DNA of 64,000 bases from NCBI GenBank assembly GCA_951406725.2, contig OX597825.1, positions 41,788,001-41,852,000 on the forward strand, read 5' to 3'. A program made the translations under genes and the position numbers. Below, piece after piece: positions 23,945 to 37,330 of this stretch. The stretch is from Octopus vulgaris (lineage: Eukaryota). The first letter of the stretch is position 1, and every line of letters starts with the position of its first letter. The notes beneath the pieces were generated by a model that was not told where the DNA came from, did not search any database, and saw only the letters and a list, made by a program, of their open reading frames with translations.

Positions 23945-24220
23945 TGGCACACACTAAGGTTGTAGTCTACAAATTTTGTGACCTCAATGTACTGCCTTTT
24001 GACAGTGAGACCTGGATCTTCCACTCTGGACATATGTGTCATCTCAATACCCTTGGCCAATATAGCATGAGTTGGATTCTGTAATTTAAGTTCACTTCCT
24101 GAATCATGGCTTGTGCACAGGCATCAGAACTGTGCACAAGGCAACAGTGATGCATTCACTGGCTGGGCCATGTTCACTGCTTGTTAGTTAGGAAAATCTC
24201 AAAAGATTTGCTGTGGGATT
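23945..24220 (+). mobile_element. Old RTE LINE fragment
   Basis: TKVVVY...DSETW...IHWLGHV remnants. Confidence 0.5.
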
Positions 24221-26159
24221 GTCATTTTACAATCAAAACTCAGCTTGACTCTTCACTGAATTTAATATAAATAGATTTAAATTCTAGGGTTGCCTAACCA
24301 CTCTTTGTTAATCAAAATCAGTCATTAAGATGATGTTAGTTGTTTTCATCACTACAGATGTAATTTAATTTAAATATAGTTTCTTGATTCATTACATCAA
24401 ATATGTTAACTTCCCAATTACTAAATGTGTGATATATATGATATGGTTCTGGAGAATCTATTACAACAAGAATGATTCAATGAAAACTCAACTTGCAGGA
24501 GAAATTAATCAGAACTACTCAAAAATTCAAAAATTAAGGAGAGTGCATCAATGTCAAGAAATGGCAAAAGTAATTCATAAATAACAATGATGTACATATT
24601 CATTCTTGATATGTTCCAACAGATGAGAGCATGAATATGTTAATCACTGTTGTACTTCATCTTTGGAGAACAATTCCTCTTTTCAGTTGTTTATAAGACA
24701 CTTGATTATCTAAATGAACTGAGTGTGATAAAAACATATTGTCTGAAATATGAAGTTTTTCTCAGAAGACAAAATGCAACAATGATTAGCCTCTTCACAT
24801 TCAAATCTGCCAGAATATTTTAAGAATGAATATAGACATCATTGTTTTGAGTCTCACTATTCTCCATGCACATGACAACTTATAACAATTTATAAATGCA
24901 CTTGAATAAGGTTACTGTTATGCAAAGGAAATATGTTAACATACCTTATACAAAGCAAAAATGCTATAGACTAAAACAAGAAACAATGAAGGAACTCAAT
25001 GAGTATATAATAGAATGTGTTGATGTACAGGTTGATGTAGCAGAAACAAACAGAGTGGAATATAAGAGAAATGATGGAATTAGGACAACACTATATGATC
25101 AAAAGAGATGAAACAATAACAGAAAAGCTATGTATCAAAATAAAATGAAGTTTACTGTTACTGTTTAATGTGTTTTACTTTTCTAGTGTTTACTGGCACT
25201 CTAAAATACAAACTAAAAACCAAATCACTTAAGTTAGTGCTCTACAGGTTTAAATGCATTTTGTAGCTTGGCAAGTGAGAAGAATTTCTTGACATTTTTA
25301 TACTGTATGCTTGCTTTCCTGCTCACTACTTCAATAGCAGCAAAGTACTTTTGAGATTTGTTTTTCATATCACAAGACAAGTTGGAAATGTTTTTGGCAG
25401 GTGTCGATTCACTGATCACATATATCGCAATTACATCAATGTAGTAACTGCCAATATATTCCAGTATGCCATGTTAAATATAACAGCTCACTTCTTATAA
25501 ATACTCTTTTTCCATTTGTTTCTCATTGATTATGGAAAGTAGTTTAAATGTGTTAAATTTAAAGAGAATAGTTAGTTGCATTTAATTTCAGTGTTAGTAC
25601 CAATTCCAAAGAGATTGGCAAGGGGAGTGGCACTGAATGAGATACAATAATTCAAATATCTTTAGGAGAGATCATTGTCCAAAAACCAGTGTTGCTTAGT
25701 TCTGGATTCATATTAAGCAAGTGTGAGATAAATCTTAGACTGGAAAGAATGATGTTCTATAGTAGGTTTTATTTGCATAATGTACACACCTAAGAGCTAA
25801 GTAAAGTGAACTCCATAGAAATGACTTGCCTGTCCAACCATACAACAAATTTTTGGCATTAGATATTTAACGCTCAGATATTTAACTCTTTCCAATTTAC
25901 ACACTACTATATGAATAAATAAGTAGATAAAACATAAAAGAATACTGTAAGAATTTCTTAAAAAGTTCTTTCAACAGTTTACATATGTTTACATAGTTTC
26001 ATCAAGTCCGACCAACGCTGATATAATTTTTACAATATAACTGTGGGTCTCTTCAAAACGAATATATCCAACACTAGTTCCTGAAATTTACTAAATTTCA
26101 ACAAAAACCATAGAATAAGTGGTAGACTACTATTTAACAAAAATTTAATAATAACACTA

Positions 26160-26320
26160 TTGGTTTCAAATTTTGACACAAGACCAGTAATGTTGGGGAG
26201 AGGTAAGTCAATTACATTGACCCTAGTGTTCAACTGGTACTTATTTTATTGACCCTGAAAGGATGACAAAGTCGACCCTGAAAGTATTTGAACTCAGAAC
26301 ATTAAGTCAGAAGAAATGTC
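26160..26320 (-). mobile_element. Nin-domain-type SINE
   Basis: Reverse complement contains gtcgactttgtcatcctttcagggtcaataaaataagtaccagtt. Confidence 0.72.
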
Positions 26321-27523
26321 CTGGCTAAATTTGAAGAAGAGCTGTGGAACATAGTTAGGGACATCAAGTTCCACAAACATTCCATAAGAAGGAACCTGCA
26401 CCTTAGGAAATTACACTAAATAATTAAAGAAATTAAGAGCAAGCCTGGAATATTAGTGCACTAATACAGGGAATGTCTACCACATGGATTATAATGATTA
26501 CAACAACCTAATCACAAAGGAAATTGTAAAGGATTATGGCAGAGAATACCTTACTTCTAAATTAACAAGGCCAACAAACAGATTGTGTGAACTTTGTATA
26601 GATGATAGAATTGAACCATACAAACCTAGGACACTGAGGATTATTTTAAAAGACCATGAACCTAACTTTACCACTAAAGACTTGGTCAGGCTTATTTTCC
26701 CTTCTAAGTTGGACATAAGAAGACTAAGTAAACTGACAATCGACATGTACATACCCATATTTAGAAATAGGATTATGCTGGATTTACAGTCAAATTCCTT
26801 TGTGGTGCTTGTGGTACCACACTGGTTTAGGAACATTAAGGATAAATAGAACACACAAAATTCAAACAAATAGACATCCAATTACTACATTTCCATCAAT
26901 CTCATACTGCTAAGAAAAACTCTCAGATTACAAAGGAGGAAATCAATATTATAATAGAAGTTAGAAAAATGATTATAGAATATGAAGGCAAACTCTAGAC
27001 GAAGAAAGATAGACCTAATAACATTGACATAAATGTGGGTACGAACAGCTCTGTTAAAGTGACAGATCTAGAGGACATTTATATTATAAGATGCATAGGC
27101 GCAGAGTTTCTGGAACTAGGGAGCAAAATATATAGGGACAATGCACTCTTTACTGTACAAAATTGTAACATATGCATATTAGACAAGTATAAGCAAAAGC
27201 TCATAAAATTCTTTAAACAATTAGGATTTATGATATTAATAGAAACTGAGTATAGTAGAGTTTATTTTCTGGATATCACACTTGACTTTAGCACTGGAAT
27301 ACATCACACTTTCCAGAAGCAAAATGAAAACCTTAAGTAAATAAGCAGAGGATCTAATCATCCAAACAGTATCATGAACTCCATACCCAAGGGGGTGTCA
27401 ACTAGAATCTCTAGGTTATCAGCAAATGGGGACATTTTTAAAAGACACCAGAGATACAGGGCATTAATGGAGGCCAGTTACAGAGGGAAAATCCAATAAA
27501 TCCTCTATGGTAATTCATAAGTA

Positions 27524-28739
27524 CAGATATGACAGAAGTAAATAGATACCATAGATACCATTATAATTGTTAATATTTATTTGAATCTGAAATTATACAT
27601 TCAAATTATTTATTAATTATTATAATGTAGATATCTAATATTTACTAGACATGCCCTTTGCATTTTTCAATGCAAAGACCCTATTAGGCATGCTACTGAG
27701 CAGATGACAAATATTCTCTTGAGGAATTTCTTTCCAAAATTCATAGATTAATCTCAAAAGATCTGGCTCTGAGGATGCTTTCTTTTTCTTTTTATGAAGT
27801 GTTCTGTCCATTATTCCCCAAAGGTGTTCAATAGAGTTCATATCTGGTAACTGGCTTGGTCATGGAACCTTTTTAATTCCATTCTCTTCTAACCAATATT
27901 GGTCATTTTAACCATGTGACAAGGAACCACATCTTCCATAAATAGTCTTTAATCATTTCACCACTGGAGAATTTTGGAAGGAGTTCTTTCTGCAATATAG
28001 ACATATATTTATCTGAGTTTATGTTTCCCTCACACTCCACCAGCTCTGATCAACCATAGCTCTAAATTGCTCCCCAGAACATCACAGAATAGCTGCTGGG
28101 TTTCATGATTGGCTACAATTTATTCACATCAAATTCTTGATCATGGAGTCTTCAGACCCACACTCAACCAGTGTCAGAAAATACAGTAAATCTGGACTCA
28201 TCAGAGAATATGACAGTATCCCAAAATGCTAGTGGCCTTTCCACCATCTTACTGGCCCAATCTTTTTTTCCACTTGATATTGGCTTGTCGAAGAAGTGGC
28301 TTCCTTCTTGCTGCTCTGCCATAGTAACCAAGTTTGTGGAGATACCTGACAGCTGCTCTTGTTCTGCTATGTCAGAGGCCTTGCAATGAGGATTATCCTC
28401 TCAACAAAGTGAAGAGTCCTGTCAGAGGACCTGGACGAGGTGATGTGGACTCCTTCCTCTCTCGGGTGAATTGTACAATCAATCTATTAACTGTAGAAAG
28501 TGGGATCCTATGGTTTTCTGCGATTTTATGCTAAGTCCACCTTCAAATTTATCAACAATATAATCTCTTTAAAATTCGGACAGTTCTAAGGCTTCTTTTG
28601 TATGTAGCATGATTAAGCAGTCACATTCAGAACCTGAAACATAAAAATGTCAATTAACAAAAAATATAAACCTTTACAAATTAAAATAAACAAAAAATGA
28701 TGTCTTATGGGGTGTCTATTTACTTCTGTTATGTATGAG
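27524..28739 (-). mobile_element. Tc1-like transposon (degenerate) with TA TSD
   Basis: Imperfect TIRs share acagaagtaaataga(t/c)acc; flanking TA at 27522-27523 and 28740-28741; VIFSDESRF and DMNSIEHLW motifs. Confidence 0.85.
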
Positions 28740-30105
28740 TACATTATAGTAAAGCTGTGGGAGCGAGGAATGCCCCCCATAAATAGCAAATCGCAACCAT
28801 CAGTGGAACACCACAGCAAGGAAATAATTGATGTGTAGGATTTCAAACATACCTGGAGACAAACACAAATGACCCTGCCCACAAGAATGAGATATATAAT
28901 AGTAATATGGAGATACTTAAAATAGATATTAAAAGCTGGGGCATTGATGGAATTGAGAGTAGTTATAAAAACAACCAAGACAAGAATAAATGTAAATGGT
29001 ACAATAGGGGGAAGAAAAAGGAAATTATAGATCCCTACCAAATAAAAAAGAAAGATAAATTTATGAAAACTATCTGGTTCAATGCTCCATTTGTGTTCCA
29101 AATCACAACTAACATCCCAAAGAAATTTTTTAAGCCCTTGACAAACATTCCCTTCCATTGAGTATATATAGGAGTTTGTTTAACTGGCATCTGTGAGACT
29201 TGCTTGCTCCACCACAAGTAACCTCACACAAATAATAGTGTCCCACAACATCCATAGTTTAAAGAAATTAGAAACAATAAATTTAATCGACCTAGACCAG
29301 AATAAAATATGTAAAAATAACAAGCTTTGAAGGGAATATATGAATAATATTGGTACTAGAAGTAACTGTAACTACATAAGGAATAATAGTAGTAGTGAGA
29401 AATGATTTAGTTATATTGTTAATACAGTTCTATATTTAAGAGATGTGGAATTATGTACATTATTTGCATTATTTAAATTTGAGAGATATTTATCCTCATC
29501 TTGTTTGTTGTTAACATAACATTTCGGCTGATATACCCTCCAGCCTTCATTTGGTGTCTTGGAGAAATTTCGAACCTGGGTTCTCATTCCTAAGGTATTT
29601 TCCGATGTTGTTGTTTTTATTATTATTATTATCATTATTATTATTATTGAGTGAGAGAGCAGTTCATGCCATCAAAGTGACACTGGGTTAAAATATACAA
29701 AGCCCAGTATACCCATCATGACTACCTGTCTGATAAGGGTACACTAGGCACATGCATCACAACCATATGTGTGCGACATGGTGATCTCATATCAAGATAA
29801 ACAGCAAATGACCTTACAGGTGAAACCCAGTTAGAATTTTCTTCTGGTCGAGTAACCCATCCCGCTCAAAAGGGCCCTGAATAAGGGTTATTTAAGGATG
29901 TTGAACGAAACACCCATGTTTCCAGAGGTGAATAATTCAAACCCCAAAGAATCCCTCTCAACACATGGCTGTGATGCTTCCCCACTACTTCTGCTTGTGA
30001 TCAGAGATACACATATCATCAGCCACTAAGGGACATGGTCAACTGGTTAAGGTCAAACAACTGACAAGCAAATCTGTGGTATTGAGCAAAATATTTGCTG
30101 TAGCC

Positions 30106-30171
30106 ATGGCGTAGGGGTTAAGAGTGTGGGCTACTAATCCCAAGATTCCGAGTTCGATTCCGGCAGTGACC
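30106..30171 (+). promoter_or_regulatory. tRNA-derived SINE head with Pol III A and B boxes
   Basis: A box tggcgtagggg; T-arm-like ccgagttcgattccgg (B box); no complete acceptor stem. Confidence 0.72.
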
Positions 30172-30266
30172 TCAATATAATAATAATAATAATAATAATA
30201 ACAATAACAACAATAGCATAAAAAATTACCTTAGGAATGAGAACACAGGTTCGAAATTTCCCCAAG

Positions 30267-30311
30267 ACGTCTGATGAAGGCTGGTGGGGTATATCAGTTG
30301 AAATGTTGTGT
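30267..30311 (+). ncRNA. Minimal type I hammerhead motif downstream of the tRNA head
   Basis: acgt-CUGAUGA-aggctg...cagtt-GAAA-t-GUU-gtgt; the inverted copy (29514-29557) has a perfect ggctg/cagcc stem II but a mutated core. Confidence 0.62.
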
Positions 30312-30596
30312 TAACAACAAAAAAGATGAAGGCAAATATCTGTCAAATGTAAATAATGAAAATAATGTACGTTGTTAATAAGTAAAGGTAAGTGTAATAA
30401 TAGTGAGGATGGAGATGGAGATAATGAAAAATTAAATTGACAGCCAATATTTGCTGTGTCTATGTATCTATCTATGAGCTTTTCTTTGGATTTATGTATC
30501 TACTGTCTCTCTCTCACTTTTTCTCTCACTTCCTTTGTGTCCCTCTTCTCTCGCGCTTTTGATTTAATAATGTGTGTCTGTCTATGTATGATAAAG

Positions 30597-30815
30597 ATTT
30601 AAAAACACAAAATGAACTCCGTCACCACTCATCATCTTTTTCAATCTCTCTCTTTCTCTTTCACTCTTTTCCTTTCTCTCTTACATCCTCTCTGAAACAT
30701 TTAAAAACACAAAACGAATGCCATCACCATTCAATGTCTCTTTCACTCTCTCTGTCTTTCTCTCTTACTTCCTCTGACAATTTAAAAACACAAAATGAGC
30801 ACCGTCACCACTCAC
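30597..30815 (+). repeat. Three ~80-100 bp tandem units followed by (CT)n
   Basis: tttaaaaacacaaaa(t/c)ga...tcacca recurs at ~30598, ~30700 and ~30781. Confidence 0.8.
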
Positions 30816-30823
30816 TATCCCTT

Positions 30824-30859
<36 letters not shown>

Positions 30860-33826
30860 TCTCTTTCTCTCTTACTTCCTGTCTGTCTTCCGCTCTCTCT
30901 CACTTTGCCACTTCTTTGAAGTAAGTGTGATGCACACAACAGGTACATACAAAAGCAAAAAATTAGCGTATTAATATTATTGATAGGGATAATAGCCACA
31001 CAGGCAGTAGTAATAGAAAAGACAAGGTCAATTGTAACTGTAAAGGAGAAAGAGAATGTCTTTTAAATAAATTATGTTAGGAGAAGGACATAGTCTTTGA
31101 ATGCACAGTAGTAACCCATAATAAAACTTTCTATTACATAAGATGTTGTGCAACAACCTTTGAGCTTTGCTACTGCAACCACATCTTGTCATGCAAAAAC
31201 AAAAATAAGGAAAACGTGACACCAATTAGCAAGATAGTATGGCAAATTGAGGACAAAAACAAAATATGAATTAAAATGGCTGATCTTAAGTCAAGCAAAA
31301 CCATATGAAATAGATATGGAAGGAGTTGTGAGAAGTCACTCCAAATACATCAGAGAGAAACTTGTTTAACTGTAGATTAGATAGGAATTAGTGACATGCT
31401 GTAAGCATTTCTATTATAAATCCTTCAGTAGGTTCCCTTGATGACTTTAACACTAGAATGAGAGACATTGGCCAAAATGGGTATGATGCCTAAGGGATAA
31501 ATGTAAATTATCTTACCTACTTTATTGTGTGTGTCTGCATATATATATACATAAGAAAAAAATAGGATTAAAACATCCTGGCAGATATCAATAAAGCACT
31601 CAGTATTAAAAGAATTTGGTTATAAATGTTCTACAATCAGATACAAGTAAATGTAAGTAGAATACATATCCCAGGTAAATCCTCATGTATGACATGTAAA
31701 TCCAAATATCCTTTTGCAGGATTTTGAGAAATTCAGAGTATTTAACTTCAAAAACACATGTACAGAGAAAAGTATATCTTTATTACAGATCTCAACTTAT
31801 AAAGCTGACTATTATTTCTATTGCACTAACATATATATATGTATAAACACACACACACACACACACACACATGTATATAGAGGGAGAGAGAAGATATTAA
31901 AATTAATATTAATATCGTCGAAAATATATGTTAATACAACGTTATCAAGGTTATCCAAAATTAGTGAAATTCCAATTTAACATCTGAAAATTTATCAGTT
32001 TATAAATGCTGAAAAAAAGAATGCCTAAATCGACTTCAACCTATAACATTCCTTCTTTCAACTTATAGTCACGTGACTGGATAATGAAAATGTTTTATAA
32101 AAATAAAACAAAAAATAAACATGTTGAAGAAAAGTCATTCAACTATTCGTAATAATGAAATAAAAACAGAAACAAGAATTCTACATTAATATTAATATTA
32201 ATTTCCCATATTTCCATAAATCCAAAATTTAATTTTAGTACTTATGGGAGCAACTGTCTCTGAAGACTCATATTATCATTCAATGGTCAAAATGAGGAGT
32301 AGATGGACAGCCAATAACTGATAAAGGGTTGTTCGTTATGTTACTTGTCCTGTTTTACATTTGTTTCTCTTGTTTGCATATTGAACTCATTTGTTTACAT
32401 ATTTCAAGTTTACTGTTGATGACATCCTGTACCCATATATGCATATGTGTGTGTATATACATACATGCATATATATATATAATACTTTATAATTGTATAC
32501 ATAATTATAGCAAGGGATCAGCTTTATACTTCACCACGCACTGCAAGAAATAGATGCTAAAGCCCCTATTACACCCTTAAAATCTCTGAGAATAACACAC
32601 CATATTGTAGGTGAGCAAAAGAAAAGTAATGAATGAACAAGGTTCAGTTAATTGCGTACAAGATCATGTTTCAAGCTTAAAGTAAAAAATATTTTACCTA
32701 CTGTTCTCATCAATGACAGTATTCCATAGCGTAAATTTTCACACTGACCACCTGGGGAAATTATTATTGATTCTACCCTTTTATTATAATTAATATTTGA
32801 ATAGATTTAGTCCATGATCAAAATTATATTTACTGTGGTCTAGATCTTAATACACTGTACATAGGTACAAAAGGAATATGTAAATTCTACTTGGCAGTAT
32901 ATTTTTACACGTGTGGATGAATATTGGTCATGTGATGTCACCAATCGCATGCATATTTTGAGATAGTTGTAAATTTATGTTATATATATATATATGTATG
33001 TACATGTATGTGTGTGTATGCGTGTATATATATATATATAGTAAATGAAGGACAGAAGATGGAATGTACAAAAATTTTTAATATTTATCATGACAATTGT
33101 TTCTAGCATCCTCACTGTATTACATGTTCATTTCTTTTTTGCACCTGTGATTTTATCTTTGATCTTCTATATACATGAAGATATTTTCTACATTTTGCTG
33201 ATACATTGCTCAACTGTTATTTTAATGATTTGCATCAATTTATCACCCGAGGAATCACATCTGCATCACTGAATGCTCCTGAACCAGTTGTTAAATGTAC
33301 CACCCATGAAGGATTGATGCTAGATGTGTCAAAACAATTGTTGTGACTAATAATATAAATTCTTGTATATTCGATCTTCCATTTTTCATTTACCATATAC
33401 ATAACAAACACTGTGAAAGTGACTCTGGTTTACCAGTAAGCCACTGAATGTAAACCATTCATTTTATTACACACACACACACACACACACATATTTTTTC
33501 TGCACTGATGAGTACTTTCATATTTGCAAATTCTGATAAAGAATTTAGATCTATATATGAACGACTGGATGCATGAATAAACTTCTTACAACTTTTTAAC
33601 ATCTTATCTCCTCCATTTCTGACAAATATGATTAGATTTATAGAACTTCATTCTATAACTTAATTCTATAACTTAATTATGCATTTAATATATATATATA
33701 TAAATATACACACACACACATTGATAGAAATGGCAAGACAACAAAAGAATGAAAGGGGCCTCGATATTATGTAAATAAAGGAATTTATTTGCAAAAATAA
33801 TATGTGACAATTATTCAGTAGCCATG

Positions 33827-33885
33827 ATAAAACTCCAAGTTTCAGATGTCAGGGCAGAAACCCATGCCTGCATCTCTTCAGTTAT
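33827..33885 (-). ncRNA. Type I hammerhead ribozyme motif with extended stem II
   Basis: ataa-CUGAAGA-gatgcagg...cctgacatct-GAAA-cttgga-GUU-ttat. Confidence 0.62.
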
Positions 33886-34217
33886 TGGGCCATTGAAAAA
33901 AATGCTATGAAAAAAATATATATATAATAAGTAAAGGTAAGATCTAAGATCAAGATGTAGGAAGTGAGTAGTCAGCAAAATGTATTAAAAAAACTACTTT
34001 CAGGAACACTAGTAGTTTATTGACATAGAAGGTTGTAGATTTTCACCATGTCAAGGTTCAGTAAACTGTAAAAAGTTATCTTATAGTTTACAGTTAGTAG
34101 CTTGGGTTGCTGTGTATATGAATAAAAATCCAAATTAGGGAATGGAGATGAGAATATTCAAGCTAAATATGTTTCATAGGTAGCAAAACCTTGGAAGTAG
34201 TAATTACCCAAACAAGG

Positions 34218-34612
34218 TGTAGCGTATCTGATATCCTCACTGTTTGAGAAACTCAATAAGAATGATCTCGTTTGAGATTACCACCATCTTTGGCTGGTTT
34301 GACCCTGTTGTGTCCACTGATCTGATTGGTTGGCATCTAGCACGGTTTGTCTCCCTACTTATTTCACACCAGAGTGAAAACTAGCCTTTTTTATAGGGAA
34401 AAAAATGGCTTAAAGAAGCAGACCATATCCGAAGGGCGTGATTGGTTGCTTTTCACTCTGGCGTGAAATAAGTAGGGAGAAAAACCGCGCTAGATGCCAA
34501 CCAATTAGATCAGTGGACACAGCAGGGTCAAATCAGCCAAAGATGGCTGTAATCTCAAACGAGATCATTCTTATTGTGTTTCTCAAGCAGTGAGGATATC
34601 AGATACGCTACA
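34218..34612. repeat. ~160-bp-arm foldback with ~70-bp spacer
   Basis: tgtagcgtatctgatatcctcactg...agagtgaaa / tttcactct...cagtgaggatatcagatacgctaca. Confidence 0.9.
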
Positions 34613-34949
34613 GAGCCCCACGCCAGACGTTTTGTTGTAGACAAAAAGGTGATAAAAATAAAAGTCTTCTCTCTCAAACATTAGAACGGTTTGTTGTCCT
34701 TCATTGATATCTTTTGGCACTGTATTCTATATATCCATGTATTATGGCTTCTCTTATATTTTGTTGGGGATGACTGTGTGACGACAAAAGGAGATATTTG
34801 TCACCAACTCCTTACGTACAGTCGTAAAACCCTACAAAGGTAACTAGCTCCCTGTTGAGCCAAAGATACTTTAATCAAATGAAAGTTACATTACCATTAA
34901 GGGATCTCATGTGAACTCACAAGATATTTGATATATATTTCCTATCATT

Positions 34950-35305
34950 TATCATTCACTTGTTTCAATCATTAGACAGCAGCCATGCTAGGGCACCACC
35001 TTGAAAAGTTTTTAGTCAAATGAATGAAGCTCAGAACTTTTAAAGCCTGGTACTTATTCTATCAATCTCTGAAGCCAAACTGCTAAGTTATGCAGACATT
35101 AACACACCAACACCAGTTGTCAAGCGGTAGTAGGCAACAAACACACACATACACATGTACGATTGGCTTCTTTCAGTTTCTGTCCACTAAAAGCACTCAC
35201 AAGGGTTTGGTTGACCTGAGGCTATAGTAGAAGCTGCCACGCAGTGGGACAAAACCTGAAACCATGCGGTAGGGAAACAAAGCTTCTTACTACACAGCCA
35301 TGTCT
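34950..35305 (-). mobile_element. SINE family A
   Basis: Reverse complement of the 16527-16903 family. Confidence 0.75.
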
Positions 35306-36221
35306 GCATGTATATATTTATTATATACCATTGTTTTTTCTAATTTCTTTAAATTTTGAAATTAAAAAATATTCTGTTTATTTCTTTTTACTTACTTCTT
35401 TATTTCTTATATTTAAGAGTTTTTTTAAATGTTTTAAATTTTAACAAATTTTAATTTGCTTAAAATTTCATTTTAATTTTCAAGTTTTTAATTTTAATTT
35501 TTAATCTTTTTTTTCAATGCTTTAATTTCTAAAAATTATATTTGGCCTTCAATTTTATTTGGTTTTAAAATAACTCTAGTCCATTTTATGTTATTTTTGT
35601 TTTTAACTTTACATTTCTGTCTCTATCTCTATTTAAAGTACGCTCTTACCAAAATGTTCTCTGCCTTCCCATCTTCATATAGTTACTGCTGCTTTTCCAT
35701 TCATTTTCCTATTACAATTTCCTCTCTATACTAGTGACTAACTACTAAAGATTTAAGTTGACCATGTGAGTAATTTAAACACAATATCTGGATATTATTT
35801 GACCTGATGACAATGCAATTCTTTTCGTGTGTGATGACTATCCTTTTCTCAATGTTGGCCATTCTCTGTCCCTCTTTCTATCAAATGCCTCTCCTACTGT
35901 AGCCTTTCTATTCCTTCCTCTCTTCTTTTCTTTCCTTGTCGTCACTTTAGTCCTTCTTTGCGAAATTGTCATTTCTCTCCCCTTTCCTCTTTATCTTTCT
36001 TTTGCTTACCTTATACTTATTCTTATTGCTTCTCTTTGCTCCTCTTCACATACCTGCACCATTCCTTCAGTGTTCTGCTTGGTTATAACCAGAAATGGCT
36101 CAGACGAAACTAGCATTAATTTTCTAGGTTGCTCAATTTTTCTCAACCAATCAATGGGCCGGTTGAGTTAACCTATCAATAACGAACCTAAAAATATATA
36201 ATGACCATTATATACATGCAT

Positions 36222-36432
36222 CATACATACATACATACATGCATACATGCATACATACATACACACATACATACATAATACATACATACACACATACATA
36301 CATAATACATACATACACACATACATACATACATACATACATACATACATACATACATACATACATACATACATACATACATACATACATACATACATAC
36401 ATACATACATACATACAAACAAACAAACAAAC
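36222..36432. repeat. (CATA)n microsatellite
   Basis: Directly visible. Confidence 0.96.
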
Positions 36433-36899
36433 AATATTGACCTTCTCAAGATATAACAAGACATAACAAGATTTGTTTCAACACATGAATTCACATCTAG
36501 AATCTTGCAAACCAAATACAAAGTTGGAATCTGAAAATATTATCAAGAAAGTATGACATCCTAATCAAATTTAACTACAAGGAAAAAACTCTAGTTATTG
36601 AGAAAAAATATAGCTTTGCAGCCATTTAGTAAAAGACCACCTCATAGATTACTTTATATTCAACTAAGTTATGAGCCTAGACAGTGTCTTTATGTAAATA
36701 CTCTTTTAGTCCCACTGCCTACTTTTTCAAATGTGGTTAGAAGGAGGAACCAAAAATATAATCAGCATTAATTTTTTTAAAACATTTACCCCAGACTGTA
36801 TATGAAACATGAAGTACAAAATAATTTCATGTAGTGCCAGACACTTTAAGCATTTATCCATTGTAAGTACACGCACTTTCTCTATGCAATCCTAACCAT

Positions 36900-37111
36900 T
36901 CTTTTATTCTTTTATTTGTTTTAGACATTTGATTGTGGCCATGCTGCAGCACCACCTTTTGTCAAACAAATCAATCACAGGGCTTATTCTTTGTAAGCCT
37001 AGAACATATTCTATCAGTCTCTTGTGCCAAACTGCTAAGCTATGGGAACATAAGCACACCAACGTTGGTTGTCACGTGATAGTGGGAGGACAAAGACAGA
37101 CACACAAATAC

Positions 37112-37143
<32 letters not shown>

Positions 37144-37153
37144 GTTTGGATTG

Positions 37154-37196
<43 letters not shown>

Positions 37197-37330
37197 ACAG
37201 GCTTCTTTCAGTTTCCGTTTACCAAATCCACTTACAAGGCTATAGTAGAAGACACTTGCCCTAGCTGCCACACAGTGGGACTGAAAATGGAACCATGTGG
37301 TTTGGAAGCAAGCTTCCTACCACACACCCA
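36900..37330 (-). mobile_element. SINE family A
   Basis: Reverse complement of the 16527-16903 family. Confidence 0.8.

Larger units (their letters stand above)
29425..30371. mobile_element. Composite inverted-arm hammerhead element with a tRNA-derived head and 9-bp TSD
   Basis: Arms ~29457-29602 and ~30221-30370; TTGTTAATA at 29416-29424 and 30372-30380; a different (AAT)n-tailed repeat fills ~29648-30105. Confidence 0.78.
26325..31430 (+). mobile_element. Decayed Penelope-like element split by nested insertions
   Basis: RT remnants at 26325-27520 (ILKDHEPNF, IYRDNAL, FLDITLDF, SNHP), KTIWFNAPF at ~29065, and EN-tail remnants at ~31030-31420; same broad family as 50810-51520 and 55134-57330. 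Confidence 0.72.

Noticed and set aside
25234-25550. Protein-like minus-strand frame
   Set aside because: Interrupted by stops, with no recognisable motif or clear splice signals.
30106-30171. Functional tRNA gene
   Set aside because: No acceptor stem, an irregular anticodon arm, and embedded in a repeat; treated as a SINE head.
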